Origin: Rhodospirillaceae bacterium
GTDB lineage: Bacteria > Pseudomonadota > Alphaproteobacteria > JAEULC01
Length of the DNA: 62,785 nt
Direction: 5' to 3'
NCBI GenBank assembly: GCA_023266845.1
Contig: JAHFPH010000002.1
Location: 1 to 62,785 of the forward strand
Positions 21,343 through 29,938 of the stretch are shown here, in pieces (positions within the stretch are counted from its first letter, which is position 1; each line of letters opens with the position of its first letter). The position numbers and the translations under genes were made by a program. The notes under the pieces were generated by a model. The model was not told the origin of the DNA. It did no database searches and saw only the letters and a program-made list of their open reading frames with translations.

Positions 21343-21843
21343 GTGAATCAGCGCCAGTCGAACTCCCCCGCCGCGCAAGCCAGGCCCAACGCCCCGCGCA
21401 TCGCCTTCATCCAGGCCTGCTGGCACAAAGAGATCGTCGACCAGTGCCGCCAATCCTTCCTGGCGCAGTTGGCGAAAACCGGCGTGCCCGAAACCAGCGT
21501 CGACGTGTACGAAGTGCCCGGCAGTTTCGAGATTCCGCTGCAGGCGAAAATCCTCGCCAAGAGCGGCCGCTATGCCGCGATCGTCGCCAGCGGCTTGATC
21601 GTCGACGGCGGCATCTATCGCCACGAATTCGTGGCCGACGCCGTGATCGGAGCGCTGATGCGCGTGCAGCTTGAGACCGAGGTGCCGGTGATTTCGGCCG
21701 TGCTGACCCCGCAGCGCTTCCACGAGCACGCGGAGCACCGGCGCTTTTTCCGCGAGCATTTCGCGGTCAAGGGCGCCGAGGCCGCCCGGGCCTGCGCCGG
21801 CACCATCGCCAATCTGGACCGCGCCAGGCGGCTGGTCGCCTGA
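21343..21843 (+). CDS. ribH: 6,7-dimethyl-8-ribityllumazine synthase, type II (RibH2-like)
   Basis: 166 aa. Contains IAFIQACWHKEIVD...VYEVPGSFEIPL...AIVASGLIVDGGIYRHEFVA...ISAVLTP. Preceded by the FMN riboswitch. GTG start. Confidence 0.85.
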   Translation: MNQRQSNSPAAQARPNAPRIAFIQACWHKEIVDQCRQSFLAQLAKTGVPETSVDVYEVPGSFEIPLQAKILAKSGRYAAIVASGLIVDGGIYRHEFVADAVIGALMRVQLETEVPVISAVLTPQRFHEHAEHRRFFREHFAVKGAEAARACAGTIANLDRARRLVA

Positions 21844-21847
21844 GCGC

Positions 21848-22801
21848 ATGACCGCCCCGACTTGCTGGGTGCTGACCGACGGCACAACAGGCATGGTGAA
21901 CCAGGCCCAGGGCTTCGCCGAGGCGATGGGCCTGACGCCGGTGCTGAAGACCTTCCGCGCGCGCCTGCCGTGGCGGTATCTGGCGCCGCAGCTCTGGCTG
22001 TTTTCGCTGCACGCCTCGGAACCGGGCAGCGATCCCCTGACGCCGCCCTGGCCCGACGTGATCGTGTCCTGCGGATCGAAGGCGATCGCGCCAGCGCTGG
22101 CGGTCAAGAAAATCTCCGGCGGGCGCACGCGGGTGATCCATGTTCAGGACCCGGCGATGAATCCGGCGCGCTTCGACCTGGTGGTGGCGCCGATGCACGA
22201 CCGCCTCGGCGGCGACAACGTGCTGACGGTGCGCGGGGCGGTGAACCGGGTGACGCTGCAGCGTCTTGCCGAGGCGGGCAGGAAATTCGCAGGCGTGCTG
22301 GCGCATCTGCCCAAGCCCCGCGTCGCGGTGCTGATCGGCGGCAATAACGGCAAGTACCGCCTGACGCGCGCGGTCGCCGAAAAACTCGCCGGCGAATTGG
22401 CAACCTTGTGCAAGCGCGACGGCGCGGGGCTGATGGTCACCACCTCGCGCCGCACGTCGGCGGAGGCCGAGGCGATCTTTCGCGCCGCGCTGAAAGACCT
22501 GCCGGTCTATTTCTGGAACGGCGCGGGCGACAATCCGTATTTCGGGTTCCTGGCGCTGGCCGACGCGGTGATCGTCACATCCGATTCCGTGAGCATGGTC
22601 AGCGAGGCGCTGGCGACCGGCAAGCCGGTGCATGTGGCGGCGCTGGACGGCGGCGCGGCCAAGTTCGACCGCTTCCACGAGGGCCTGCGCCGCGAAGGCT
22701 TCACCCGCCCCTTCGCCGGCCGGCTGGAAAGCTGGACCTACACGCCGCTCAACGACACCGCGCGCGCGGCGGCCGAAGCTAAGCACCGGCTAGGGCTTTG
22801 A
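21848..22801 (+). CDS. ELM1-family (DUF1022) protein, predicted GT-B-like fold, function unknown in bacteria
   Basis: 317 aa. N-terminus CWVLTDGTTGMVNQAQGFAEAMGL matches my memory of the family. Starts 5 nt after the ribH stop. Confidence 0.6.
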   Translation: MTAPTCWVLTDGTTGMVNQAQGFAEAMGLTPVLKTFRARLPWRYLAPQLWLFSLHASEPGSDPLTPPWPDVIVSCGSKAIAPALAVKKISGGRTRVIHVQDPAMNPARFDLVVAPMHDRLGGDNVLTVRGAVNRVTLQRLAEAGRKFAGVLAHLPKPRVAVLIGGNNGKYRLTRAVAEKLAGELATLCKRDGAGLMVTTSRRTSAEAEAIFRAALKDLPVYFWNGAGDNPYFGFLALADAVIVTSDSVSMVSEALATGKPVHVAALDGGAAKFDRFHEGLRREGFTRPFAGRLESWTYTPLNDTARAAAEAKHRLGL

Positions 22802-22863
22802 AACGCCTCATCTATTAACGCGGTGCGTTGCCTTAGGCCCCCAATCCCCGTATACAAAAATCC

Positions 22864-23511
22864 ATGACCCCCCTGGATTTCGACGCGCTGGCCAAGGCGC
22901 CGTTGCGGCGCGAGCCGTTCGAGTACGCGATCGTGCCGGGTTTCGTCAGGCCCGCCGCCGCCGAGGCCATCGAGCGCGACTTCCCCGCGATCGACGACAC
23001 CGGCAGCTACGTGCCGGCGTCGCTGAATTACGGCCCCGCCTTCGCCGAGTTGCTGGATGCGCTGCGCGGGCGCGCGCTGGCCCAGGCGCTCGGCGGGAAA
23101 TTCGGTGTCAAGCTTACGGATTTGCCGGCGCTGGTGACGGTGCGCGGACGCACCGGCCCGCGCGACGGGCGCATCCATTACGACCGCGCCGGCAAGGTGA
23201 TGACGGCGCTGCTTTACCTCAATCGCGGCTGGCAGGAGAAAACCGGCTGGCTGCGCCTGCTGCGCGCCAAGGACGACCTTGAGAATTACGCCGCGGAAGT
23301 GCCGCCCGAGATGGGCACGCTGCTGGTGTTCCGCTGCACCCCCAACGCGTTCCACGGCCACAAGACCTTCGTCGGCCGGCGCCGCGCGATCCAGTTGAAC
23401 TGGATCGACAGCCGCGTGCAATGCGCCTGGGAACAGGGCCGCCACTGGCTTTCGGCCGCGACCAAGAAGCTGCGCGGATCGTCGCACGCGCATGAGGGCA
23501 AGGCCGCCTAA
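22864..23511 (+). CDS. 2-oxoglutarate/Fe(II)-dependent oxygenase (prolyl-4-hydroxylase-like superfamily)
   Basis: Candidate facial triad H-x-D (RIHYD) plus a distal His (NAFHGHKTF). Candidate 2OG-binding Arg in RRRAIQLNW. TALLYLN segment typical of the double-stranded beta-helix. Confidence 0.7.
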   Translation: MTPLDFDALAKAPLRREPFEYAIVPGFVRPAAAEAIERDFPAIDDTGSYVPASLNYGPAFAELLDALRGRALAQALGGKFGVKLTDLPALVTVRGRTGPRDGRIHYDRAGKVMTALLYLNRGWQEKTGWLRLLRAKDDLENYAAEVPPEMGTLLVFRCTPNAFHGHKTFVGRRRAIQLNWIDSRVQCAWEQGRHWLSAATKKLRGSSHAHEGKAA

Positions 23512-25449
23512 ATGGCGTTGCGCATCGATACGTTCTCGAACCAGACCGGCGGCAACGCGCTGTTCAAGGCGCTGGGCCATCCGCTCGGCGCCGAACGCAT
23601 GGCGGCGCTGATCGCAAAATTGGCGAAAGCCGGGCTGGTGGCGATCTACGATCCGCTGGGGTTCCTGCCGACGGTCGCGGCGCTGCACGACTTGACGCCC
23701 ATGAAAATCGCCGGCGTGTTCGTGCAGGATTTGGCCGATCTGGGCCAAACGCGCCTTGACCACGCCACGCAGCCCGTGACCGATTTGAAGGGCGCGAACG
23801 CCCGCGCGGTGCTGGTGGCCGCGTTCGACGCGCAGCGTTTCGTCGATCACATCCGCCATCTGCTGCCCCGGGGGGCCGAGGTGCTGACCCTGGACGAGGC
23901 GCGGCTGCCGAAAGAATTGCTGACCGTGCCGCAGCGCTATCTCGATCCGCTCAATTTCGCCACCAACTTCGCCTTCTTCCGCGACCAGGGGGCTGAGCAT
24001 ACGCGCCTGACGACGGTGAACTACTGGTCGGGCTATGGCGCGAAATCGGTGAAACTGTGGCTGGCGCTGTTCGACGAGCACGGCAAGCGCATCGCCACGT
24101 GGGACGAGACGCTGGCCGAAGGCGTCACGGGTTTCGCCATCGACAGCCGCGATATCCGCAAGCGCTTCGGCCTGCCGGAATTCACCGGGCAATTGCTGAT
24201 CCATGTGGTGAACGGGCGCGGGCACGACGTGGTGAAATACGCGCTCGACACCTACAGCCTGAACGGTGCGGCGACCCTGTCCTGCACGCACGACGCCAAT
24301 GCCTGGCCGTCGAACCTGTACGCGGGCCTGCCCGCGCCGCGCGCCGACGAGCGCGTGGTGTTGTGGGTGCAGAACAGCCATTGCTGCCCGATCCCCAAGC
24401 GCGCCGTGGGGCTGAACCTGATGGGCGATCAGCGCATCGCCTGGATGGAGCGCGAGGTGCCGGCCTTCGGCTCTTACGCGCTGGACGTGGCCGAATTGCT
24501 GCCCGCCGCGCGCTGGCCGCAGCAGATCGAGATCCAGGCCGGCAAGCATTTCGTCAGGCCCCGCTACGAGGTGATCGACACATCGGGCCCGCGCAAGGGC
24601 CGCCGGCGCATCGCGCATCCCAATGTCGAGCGCGAGGATCTGAAGCCCGACGCCAAGATCGCCGAGCTCGGCAATCTGATGGGCAAGGGCTATCTGCTGC
24701 CCGCCCCCGTGCTGCCGGTGACGCAGTGGCGCAGCACGGCGCTGCCCACGCCGATGGCGACCTGCCAGAGCGAGTTGCCGGTCATGGCCGTGCTGTACGA
24801 CAAGGAAGGCCGTGAGGTCGCGCGCCACCGCTTCGGCAGGTTGCAGCGCACGGACAGCGTGGCGGTCGAGGCCGACGACCTGCTGCGCGCCGCCCGCGCG
24901 TCGCTCGGCCAGGACGGCGAGGATTGGGGCCATATGGAGCTGATCTACGATCTGGCCGAGGGCGGCGCGGCCGATGGCTGGCTGCACGGGCTGTTCCGCT
25001 ACGAGCAGCGCAAGGGCGGGCACGCGGCCGAAACCAGCTTCGGCGCGCATATCTTCAACACGGTGCTGACCTACAAGAACGAGCCGCAATCCTATGCCGG
25101 GCGCGCGCCGGGCTTGAGCACCCGATTGTTCCTGCGCCTGGGCGCCGAGCCGATGGATACGCTGTGCCATCTGATCTATCCGGCCTCGACGCCGTGGCAT
25201 GGACGCTCGTCCACCGAACTCAGCTTGCATGACGGCGCGGGCAACGAGATCGCCAAGCGCGCGGTCGAGATCGCCTGCGGCGGATCGTTGCTGTGGCGCT
25301 ATCGCGAGCGCTTCGACGCCAAGGAGCGCAAATCGGCCGGCGAGCGTGGCTATGCCGTGGTGCGCGACGCCACCTGCCGCCTGTTCGGCTATCACGGATT
25401 GATCGCCGAGGACGGGCGTTTCTCGCTCGACCACATGTTCGGGTTCTAG
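23512..25449 (+). CDS. Hypothetical 645-aa cytoplasmic protein with an internal repeat; no family recognised
   Basis: The ATG directly abuts the TAA of the upstream oxygenase. Composition looks like real coding sequence, unlike the Arg/Ala-rich 898-aa ORF on the opposite strand. The motif [LV]xL[FYH]DxxGxx[IV]A recurs at about residues 183, 425 and 570. Confidence 0.7.
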   Translation: MALRIDTFSNQTGGNALFKALGHPLGAERMAALIAKLAKAGLVAIYDPLGFLPTVAALHDLTPMKIAGVFVQDLADLGQTRLDHATQPVTDLKGANARAVLVAAFDAQRFVDHIRHLLPRGAEVLTLDEARLPKELLTVPQRYLDPLNFATNFAFFRDQGAEHTRLTTVNYWSGYGAKSVKLWLALFDEHGKRIATWDETLAEGVTGFAIDSRDIRKRFGLPEFTGQLLIHVVNGRGHDVVKYALDTYSLNGAATLSCTHDANAWPSNLYAGLPAPRADERVVLWVQNSHCCPIPKRAVGLNLMGDQRIAWMEREVPAFGSYALDVAELLPAARWPQQIEIQAGKHFVRPRYEVIDTSGPRKGRRRIAHPNVEREDLKPDAKIAELGNLMGKGYLLPAPVLPVTQWRSTALPTPMATCQSELPVMAVLYDKEGREVARHRFGRLQRTDSVAVEADDLLRAARASLGQDGEDWGHMELIYDLAEGGAADGWLHGLFRYEQRKGGHAAETSFGAHIFNTVLTYKNEPQSYAGRAPGLSTRLFLRLGAEPMDTLCHLIYPASTPWHGRSSTELSLHDGAGNEIAKRAVEIACGGSLLWRYRERFDAKERKSAGERGYAVVRDATCRLFGYHGLIAEDGRFSLDHMFGF

Positions 25450-25552
25450 CCGCGCCGGCTGTCAGCCGATCCAGTCGTTTTCTCCCGCCTTGTAACCATC
25501 CTGCCCTGCGTTTTAGTATGGGCGTTTGGCGGCGAGATCCCCACAGATTGCC

Positions 25553-26518
25553 ATGAGCGCGACACACCACAGCAAGGTCTTGATTCTGGGCGGCGGACCG
25601 GCCGGCTTCACCGCGGCGATCTATGCCGCGCGCGCAAACCTTAAGCCGAGCTTGGTGCTGGGTACCCAGCCCGGCGGGCAATTGGTGATCACCACCGATG
25701 TCGAGAACTATCCCGGCTTCGCCGAGGTGGTGCAGGGCCCGTGGCTGATGGAGCAGTTCCAGAAACAGGCCGAGCATGTCGGCACGCGGCTGATCTACGA
25801 CGCGATCGTCGGTTGCGAGCTGAAGCAGCGCCCGTTCGCCTGCGTGGGCGACAGCGGCGACCGCTATACCGGCGACACGCTGATCATCTCGACCGGCGCG
25901 CAGGCGCGCTGGCTCGGCCTGCCGAGCGAGGCTAAATTGCGCGGCCACGGCGTGTCGGCCTGCGCCACCTGCGACGGATTCTTTTTCCGCGGCAAGAAAG
26001 TGGCGGTGGTCGGCGGCGGCAATTCGGCGGTCGAGGAGGCGCTGTTCCTGACGCATTTCGCGACCGAGGTCACTGTTGTGCATCGCCGCGACGCGTTCCG
26101 CGCCGAGCGCATTCTGCAAGACCGGCTGTTCGCCAATCCCAAGGTCAAGGTGCGCTGGAACAGCGTGGTGGACGAGATTCTCGGCAACGACGCGGGCGTG
26201 ACCGGCGTGAAGCTGAAGGACACGAAGACCGGGCAGCCAAGCGAGCTTGCGGTGGACGGCGTGTTCGTCGCCATCGGCCACGATCCGGTGACCGGGATGT
26301 TCAAGGGGCAGCTCGACATGGACAAGGAGGGCTATATCCGCGCCGCGCCGGATTCGACCGCCACGTCGATCCCCGGCGTGTTCGCGGCCGGCGACGTGAA
26401 GGACAAGATTTTCCGCCAGGCCGTCACCGCCGCCGGCATGGGCTGCATGGCCGCGCTGGAAGCCGACAAATATCTCGCCGGCGTGTCGCACGCCGCCGCC
26501 ATGCGGGCGGCGCAGTAG
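25553..26518 (+). CDS. trxB: Thioredoxin-disulfide reductase
   Basis: VLILGGGPAGFTAAIYAARA, redox-active CATCDG, and a second Rossmann motif VAVVGGGNSAVEEA. Confidence 0.95.
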   Translation: MSATHHSKVLILGGGPAGFTAAIYAARANLKPSLVLGTQPGGQLVITTDVENYPGFAEVVQGPWLMEQFQKQAEHVGTRLIYDAIVGCELKQRPFACVGDSGDRYTGDTLIISTGAQARWLGLPSEAKLRGHGVSACATCDGFFFRGKKVAVVGGGNSAVEEALFLTHFATEVTVVHRRDAFRAERILQDRLFANPKVKVRWNSVVDEILGNDAGVTGVKLKDTKTGQPSELAVDGVFVAIGHDPVTGMFKGQLDMDKEGYIRAAPDSTATSIPGVFAAGDVKDKIFRQAVTAAGMGCMAALEADKYLAGVSHAAAMRAAQ

Positions 26519-26574
26519 CCGCCATGCCCAACACCGTACCCGCCAGGCCGCCGGGCTCGCCCAACCGCCCGCTG

Positions 26575-27465
26575 ATGGATTGGGACAAGCTGCGCGTGTT
26601 CCACGCCGTGGCCGAGGCCGGCAGCTTCACCCATGCCGGCGAGGTGCTGAACCTGAGCCAATCCGCCGTCAGCCGGCAGATCGGCGCGCTCGAGGAAAGC
26701 CTGAAGGTGCCGCTGTTCCACCGCCACGCGCGCGGGCTGATCCTGACCGAGCAGGGCGAGTTGCTGTACGATACGGCGCGCGACGTGGTGCACAAGCTGG
26801 CCATGGCCGAGGCGATGCTGAGCGAAAGCAAGGACCGCCCGCGCGGGCCCTTGACCGTGACCACCACGGTCGCGTTCGGCTCGGCCTGGCTCACGCCGCG
26901 CATGCGCGAGTTCCTGGAGCTGTACCCCGAGATCGACGTGACCCTGCTGCTGGACGACGCGGAGCTGGATCTGGGCATGCGCGAGGCCGACGTGGCGATC
27001 CGCATGTCGCCGCCGCGCCAAGCCGATCTGATCCAGCGGCCGCTCCTGACCATGCAGGCGAGCGTCTATGCCTCGCGCGACTACGTGCAGAAGCAAGGCG
27101 AGCCGATGCGGCCCGAGGATCTGGACCATCACCGCATCGTGGTCTACGGCGACACCAGCCACTTGCCGGTGCCGCATGTGAACTGGCTCTTGGAAGCGGG
27201 CGCGTCGCCGGAGCGCCCGCGCCGCCCGGCGCTGCGCGTCAACAACATCTATGGCATCTACCGCGCGGTGCGCAGCGGCGTGGGCGTGGGCGCGCTGCCG
27301 GCCTATATGATTCCATCGGACACGCCGATCGTGCGCGTGCTGCCGGAACTGAGCGGCCCGCCGGTGCAGGCCTATTTCGTCTATCCCGAAGAGCTGCGCC
27401 ATTCCAAGCGCATCGCGGTGCTGCGCGATTTCCTGGTGCGCCAGATCGCCGAGAGCGAGCGCTAG
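26575..27465 (+). CDS. LysR-family transcriptional regulator
   Basis: MDWDKLRVFHAVAEAGSFTHAGEVLNLSQSAVSRQIGALE (LysR HTH) followed by a substrate-binding domain. Confidence 0.9.
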   Translation: MDWDKLRVFHAVAEAGSFTHAGEVLNLSQSAVSRQIGALEESLKVPLFHRHARGLILTEQGELLYDTARDVVHKLAMAEAMLSESKDRPRGPLTVTTTVAFGSAWLTPRMREFLELYPEIDVTLLLDDAELDLGMREADVAIRMSPPRQADLIQRPLLTMQASVYASRDYVQKQGEPMRPEDLDHHRIVVYGDTSHLPVPHVNWLLEAGASPERPRRPALRVNNIYGIYRAVRSGVGVGALPAYMIPSDTPIVRVLPELSGPPVQAYFVYPEELRHSKRIAVLRDFLVRQIAESER

Positions 27466-27619
27466 TTTCCGTCACGCGGAAAATTCTCCGTCGCCCCGAT
27501 GTGATATGCGCGCCGGTCATGTCGGCCGTGCCGAATCTCCGGTACGCGCCCGGCGGCGGCGGCTCTAACGTTCGGTCCGATTGCTGCGACGGTTCGCCGG
27601 CGCGTCCGCCGGACCGCCT

Positions 27620-27735
27620 GGTTCGATATTCCGGCACATGGCCGGAATAGGGGCCCTTACCCGGGCCCCGCGGCTTCGAGACGTGAAGCCTCCCTGTTCA
27701 CCTTGGCCCCGCCCTCATCGGCGGGGCTTTTTCTT
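27620..27735 (+). ncRNA. Candidate small RNA: three stem-loops plus an intrinsic terminator. The 5-prime end is unknown.
   Basis: Perfect hairpins at 27628-27648 (ATTCCGGC/GCCGGAAT), 27650-27669 (GGGGCCC/GGGCCCC) and 27672-27690 (GGCTTC/GAAGCC). A single-stranded CCUCCC follows at 27689-27694, then the terminator at 27706-27735. No credible CDS lies in the 345-nt gap. Confidence 0.3.
27706..27735 (+). terminator. Rho-independent terminator
   Basis: Perfect 8-bp GC stem GCCCCGCC / GGCGGGGC with a 6-nt loop, followed by TTTTTCTT. Confidence 0.6.
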
Positions 27736-27768
27736 ATCGGCTTCTTATCGGCGCTAAGAAACGCGAAC

Positions 27769-27790
27769 GGCCCGGAATTTCTTCCGGGCC
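27769..27790 (-). terminator. Stem-loop downstream of tRNA-Ala (possible terminator)
   Basis: Perfect 9-bp stem GGCCCGGAA / TTCCGGGCC with a 4-nt loop, 20 nt past the tRNA 3-prime end. The U-tract is weak (GTTCGCGTTTCTT on the minus strand). Confidence 0.4.
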
Positions 27791-27810
27791 GAAGCTGGCG
27801 TTTTCAATTC

Positions 27811-27886
<76 letters not shown>

Positions 27887-27933
27887 GAAACCTGCGTGGC
27901 GGATCGCCCGGCCCGGGAGAGGGGCCGGCGGCG

Positions 27934-28320
27934 CTATTCCTTCTCCTCGTCCACGTTCTCCATCACCTCTTCCAGATCGTCGTCGTCCTCGCCCAGGTCC
28001 GAGACGTCTTCCGGCACGACCTCTTCCTCGCCTTCCTTCTTGGCGGCGCCTTCCACCGCCTCGGCCTCGACCGGCCCGGCCGCGGCGGCCGCGGCGGCGG
28101 CAGCGGCGACCCCGGCGGCGGCGGCGGCCGCGGCGATGGCGGCGGCCGAGGGCTTGGCTTCTTCCGCGGGCTGCGGACGGCCGCGGCGCGATTTCAGCAC
28201 CGCCTCGGGATCGTACTGCGCGCCGCATTTCGGGCAGGCGATCGGGCTGCGCTTCAGGTCGTAGAACACGGCCGCGCAACTCTGGCAGGTGCGTTTGATG
28301 CCCCATTCCGGCTTGGCCAC
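27934..28320 (-). CDS. TIGR02300 (FYDLN_acid) family zinc-ribbon protein with a poly-Ala and acidic tail
   Basis: VAKPEWGIKRTCQSCAAVFYDLKRSPIACPKCGAQYDPE (CxxC...CxxC with FYDL). GTG start at 28320 preceded by GGAGAG. The longer ATG-initiated ORF to 28392 adds non-homologous residues. Confidence 0.8.
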   Translation of the reverse strand: MAKPEWGIKRTCQSCAAVFYDLKRSPIACPKCGAQYDPEAVLKSRRGRPQPAEEAKPSAAAIAAAAAAAGVAAAAAAAAAAGPVEAEAVEGAAKKEGEEEVVPEDVSDLGEDDDDLEEVMENVDEEKE

Positions 28321-28519
28321 AGCATTACTCTCCTTATGTTTTTCCGGCCCCTTGGGCGGCGGGGGCCGGCGGCGGTCGCAGGCACTTGCCATGCCCGAAC
28401 CGGCTTGTCAAAAGCAAAAAACACCCGCCAGCGGCAAGGGCCGCTTGGCGTTCCTAGGGCCCATGTTCCGTGCTACTTAGCCCCCGCCGAACGCCCTTTT
28501 CCAGGGGGAGCCTTCGTCC

Positions 28520-29938
28520 TTGCACGCGCACCATTCGCCGCTCACCGCCCATCCGTCGGGCGCCCTTGCCGGCACGGCGCTGACGCCCGGCGACAAGTCG
28601 GTCTCGCACCGCGCGCTGCTGATCGGCGCGCTGGCGGTGGGGCGCACGCGCGTCGCAGGCCTTCTGGCGGGCGACGACGTGCTGCGCACGGCTTCATGCT
28701 GCCGGGCGCTGGGCGCCAGGATCGAGCGCCACGCCGACGGCGCCTGGACCGTGGACGGCGTGGGCGTGGGCGGCCTGAACGAGCCCGAGCTAGTGCTGGA
28801 TATGGGCAACTCCGGCACCGGCGCAAGGCTGCTCTTGGGAATGATTTCCACGCACCACCTGACCGCCGTGATGACCGGCGACGCATCGCTGGTGCGCCGG
28901 CCGATGGCGCGCGTCATCGCGCCCCTGGAAGCGATGGGTGCGCGCTTCGTCGCGCGCGAAGGCGGCAGGCTGCCGTTGTCGGTGACCGGCGCCAAGTCGC
29001 CGCTACCGATATCCTATCGCCTGCCGGTGGCCTCGGCCCAGGTGAAATCGGCGATCCTTTTGGCGGGCCTGAACGCGCCGGGCACGACCGTCGTGATCGA
29101 GCCCGAGGCCACGCGCGACCACAGCGAGACGATGCTGCGGCATTTCGGCGCGACGGTGACGGTCGAGCCGTTCGAGGGCGGCAGGCGCATCGCGCTGACC
29201 GGCCAACCCGAATTGACCGCGCGCGACGTGGTCGTGCCGCGCGATCCGTCGTCGGCCGCGTTCCCGCTGGTGGCGGCGCTGATCCTGGCCGGATCGCGGC
29301 TGAAGCTGCCGGGCGTGGGGATCAATCCGCTGCGCAGCGGGCTGCTGCTGAGCCTTAAGGAAATGGGCGCGGATATCGCGATCGAGAACCGGCGCGAGCA
29401 GGGCGGCGAGAAGGTGGCCGATCTGCTGGTGCGCGCGAGCAAACTTAACGGCATCGAGGTGCCCGCGGACCGCGCGCCGACCATGATCGACGAATACCCG
29501 ATCCTGGCCGTGGCCGCCGCGTGCGCGCGCGGACGCACGGTCATGCGCGGCCTGGCCGAGCTGAGGGTGAAGGAGAGCGATCGCCTTGCCGCGATCGCCG
29601 CGGGCTTGAAGGCCAACGGCGTGAAGGTCGAGATGGGCGAGGACAGCCTGACGGTCGAGGGCACGGGATCGCCGCCGCCGGGCGGCGGCACCGTCGCCAC
29701 GCATATGGACCACCGCATCGCCATGGCGTTCCTGGTGCTGGGTTTGGGCGCGCGACGCGCGGTCACGGTCGACGACGGCACGATGATCGACACCAGCTTC
29801 CCCGGCTTCGCCGCGCTGATGAACGGCCTGGGCGCTAGGATCGCTGGACCGCTGCTGAAAAAGCCGGCGCGCGCAACGGCGGCGCGCAAGCCGAAGAAAA
29901 AACCGGTCGCGCGCGCCAAAAAACGTGGGCGCAAGTAA
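28520..29938 (+). CDS. aroA: 3-phosphoshikimate 1-carboxyvinyltransferase (EPSP synthase) with a ~30-aa Lys/Arg-rich C-terminal extension
   Basis: [32 protein letters not shown] and [11 protein letters not shown] motifs. TTG start 8 nt after GGGGGAG. The tail is [29 protein letters not shown]. Confidence 0.9.
   Translation: MHAHHSPLTAHPSGALAGTALTPGDKSVSHRALLIGALAVGRTRVAGLLAGDDVLRTASCCRALGARIERHADGAWTVDGVGVGGLNEPELVLDMGNSGTGARLLLGMISTHHLTAVMTGDASLVRRPMARVIAPLEAMGARFVAREGGRLPLSVTGAKSPLPISYRLPVASAQVKSAILLAGLNAPGTTVVIEPEATRDHSETMLRHFGATVTVEPFEGGRRIALTGQPELTARDVVVPRDPSSAAFPLVAALILAGSRLKLPGVGINPLRSGLLLSLKEMGADIAIENRREQGGEKVADLLVRASKLNGIEVPADRAPTMIDEYPILAVAAACARGRTVMRGLAELRVKESDRLAAIAAGLKANGVKVEMGEDSLTVEGTGSPPPGGGTVATHMDHRIAMAFLVLGLGARRAVTVDDGTMIDTSFPGFAALMNGLGARIAGPLLKKPARATAARKPKKKPVARAKKRGRK

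Noticed and set aside
22738-25434. 898-aa ORF on the minus strand spanning the oxygenase and the 645-aa gene
   Set aside because: Its composition is dominated by Arg/Ala/Gly/His/Gln, and it has no recognisable motifs. It lies exactly antisense to two plus-strand genes with ordinary composition and tight coupling. This is the typical shadow ORF of high-GC DNA, where stop codons are depleted in the antisense frame.
27518-27650. 43-codon ATG-initiated reading frame (MSAVPNLRYAPGGGGSNVRS...) in the LysR-tRNA gap
   Set aside because: It has no Shine-Dalgarno sequence and a Gly/Arg/Pro-rich translation. It is the tail of a shadow frame running through the LysR gene. The region is better explained by RNA structure.
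28075-28150. GCG/GCC-rich triplet repeat that looks like a microsatellite or degenerate array
   Set aside because: It lies inside the TIGR02300-family CDS and simply encodes its poly-Ala tract. It has no spacer/repeat organisation, so it is not a CRISPR array. Possible length variation is noted under findings.
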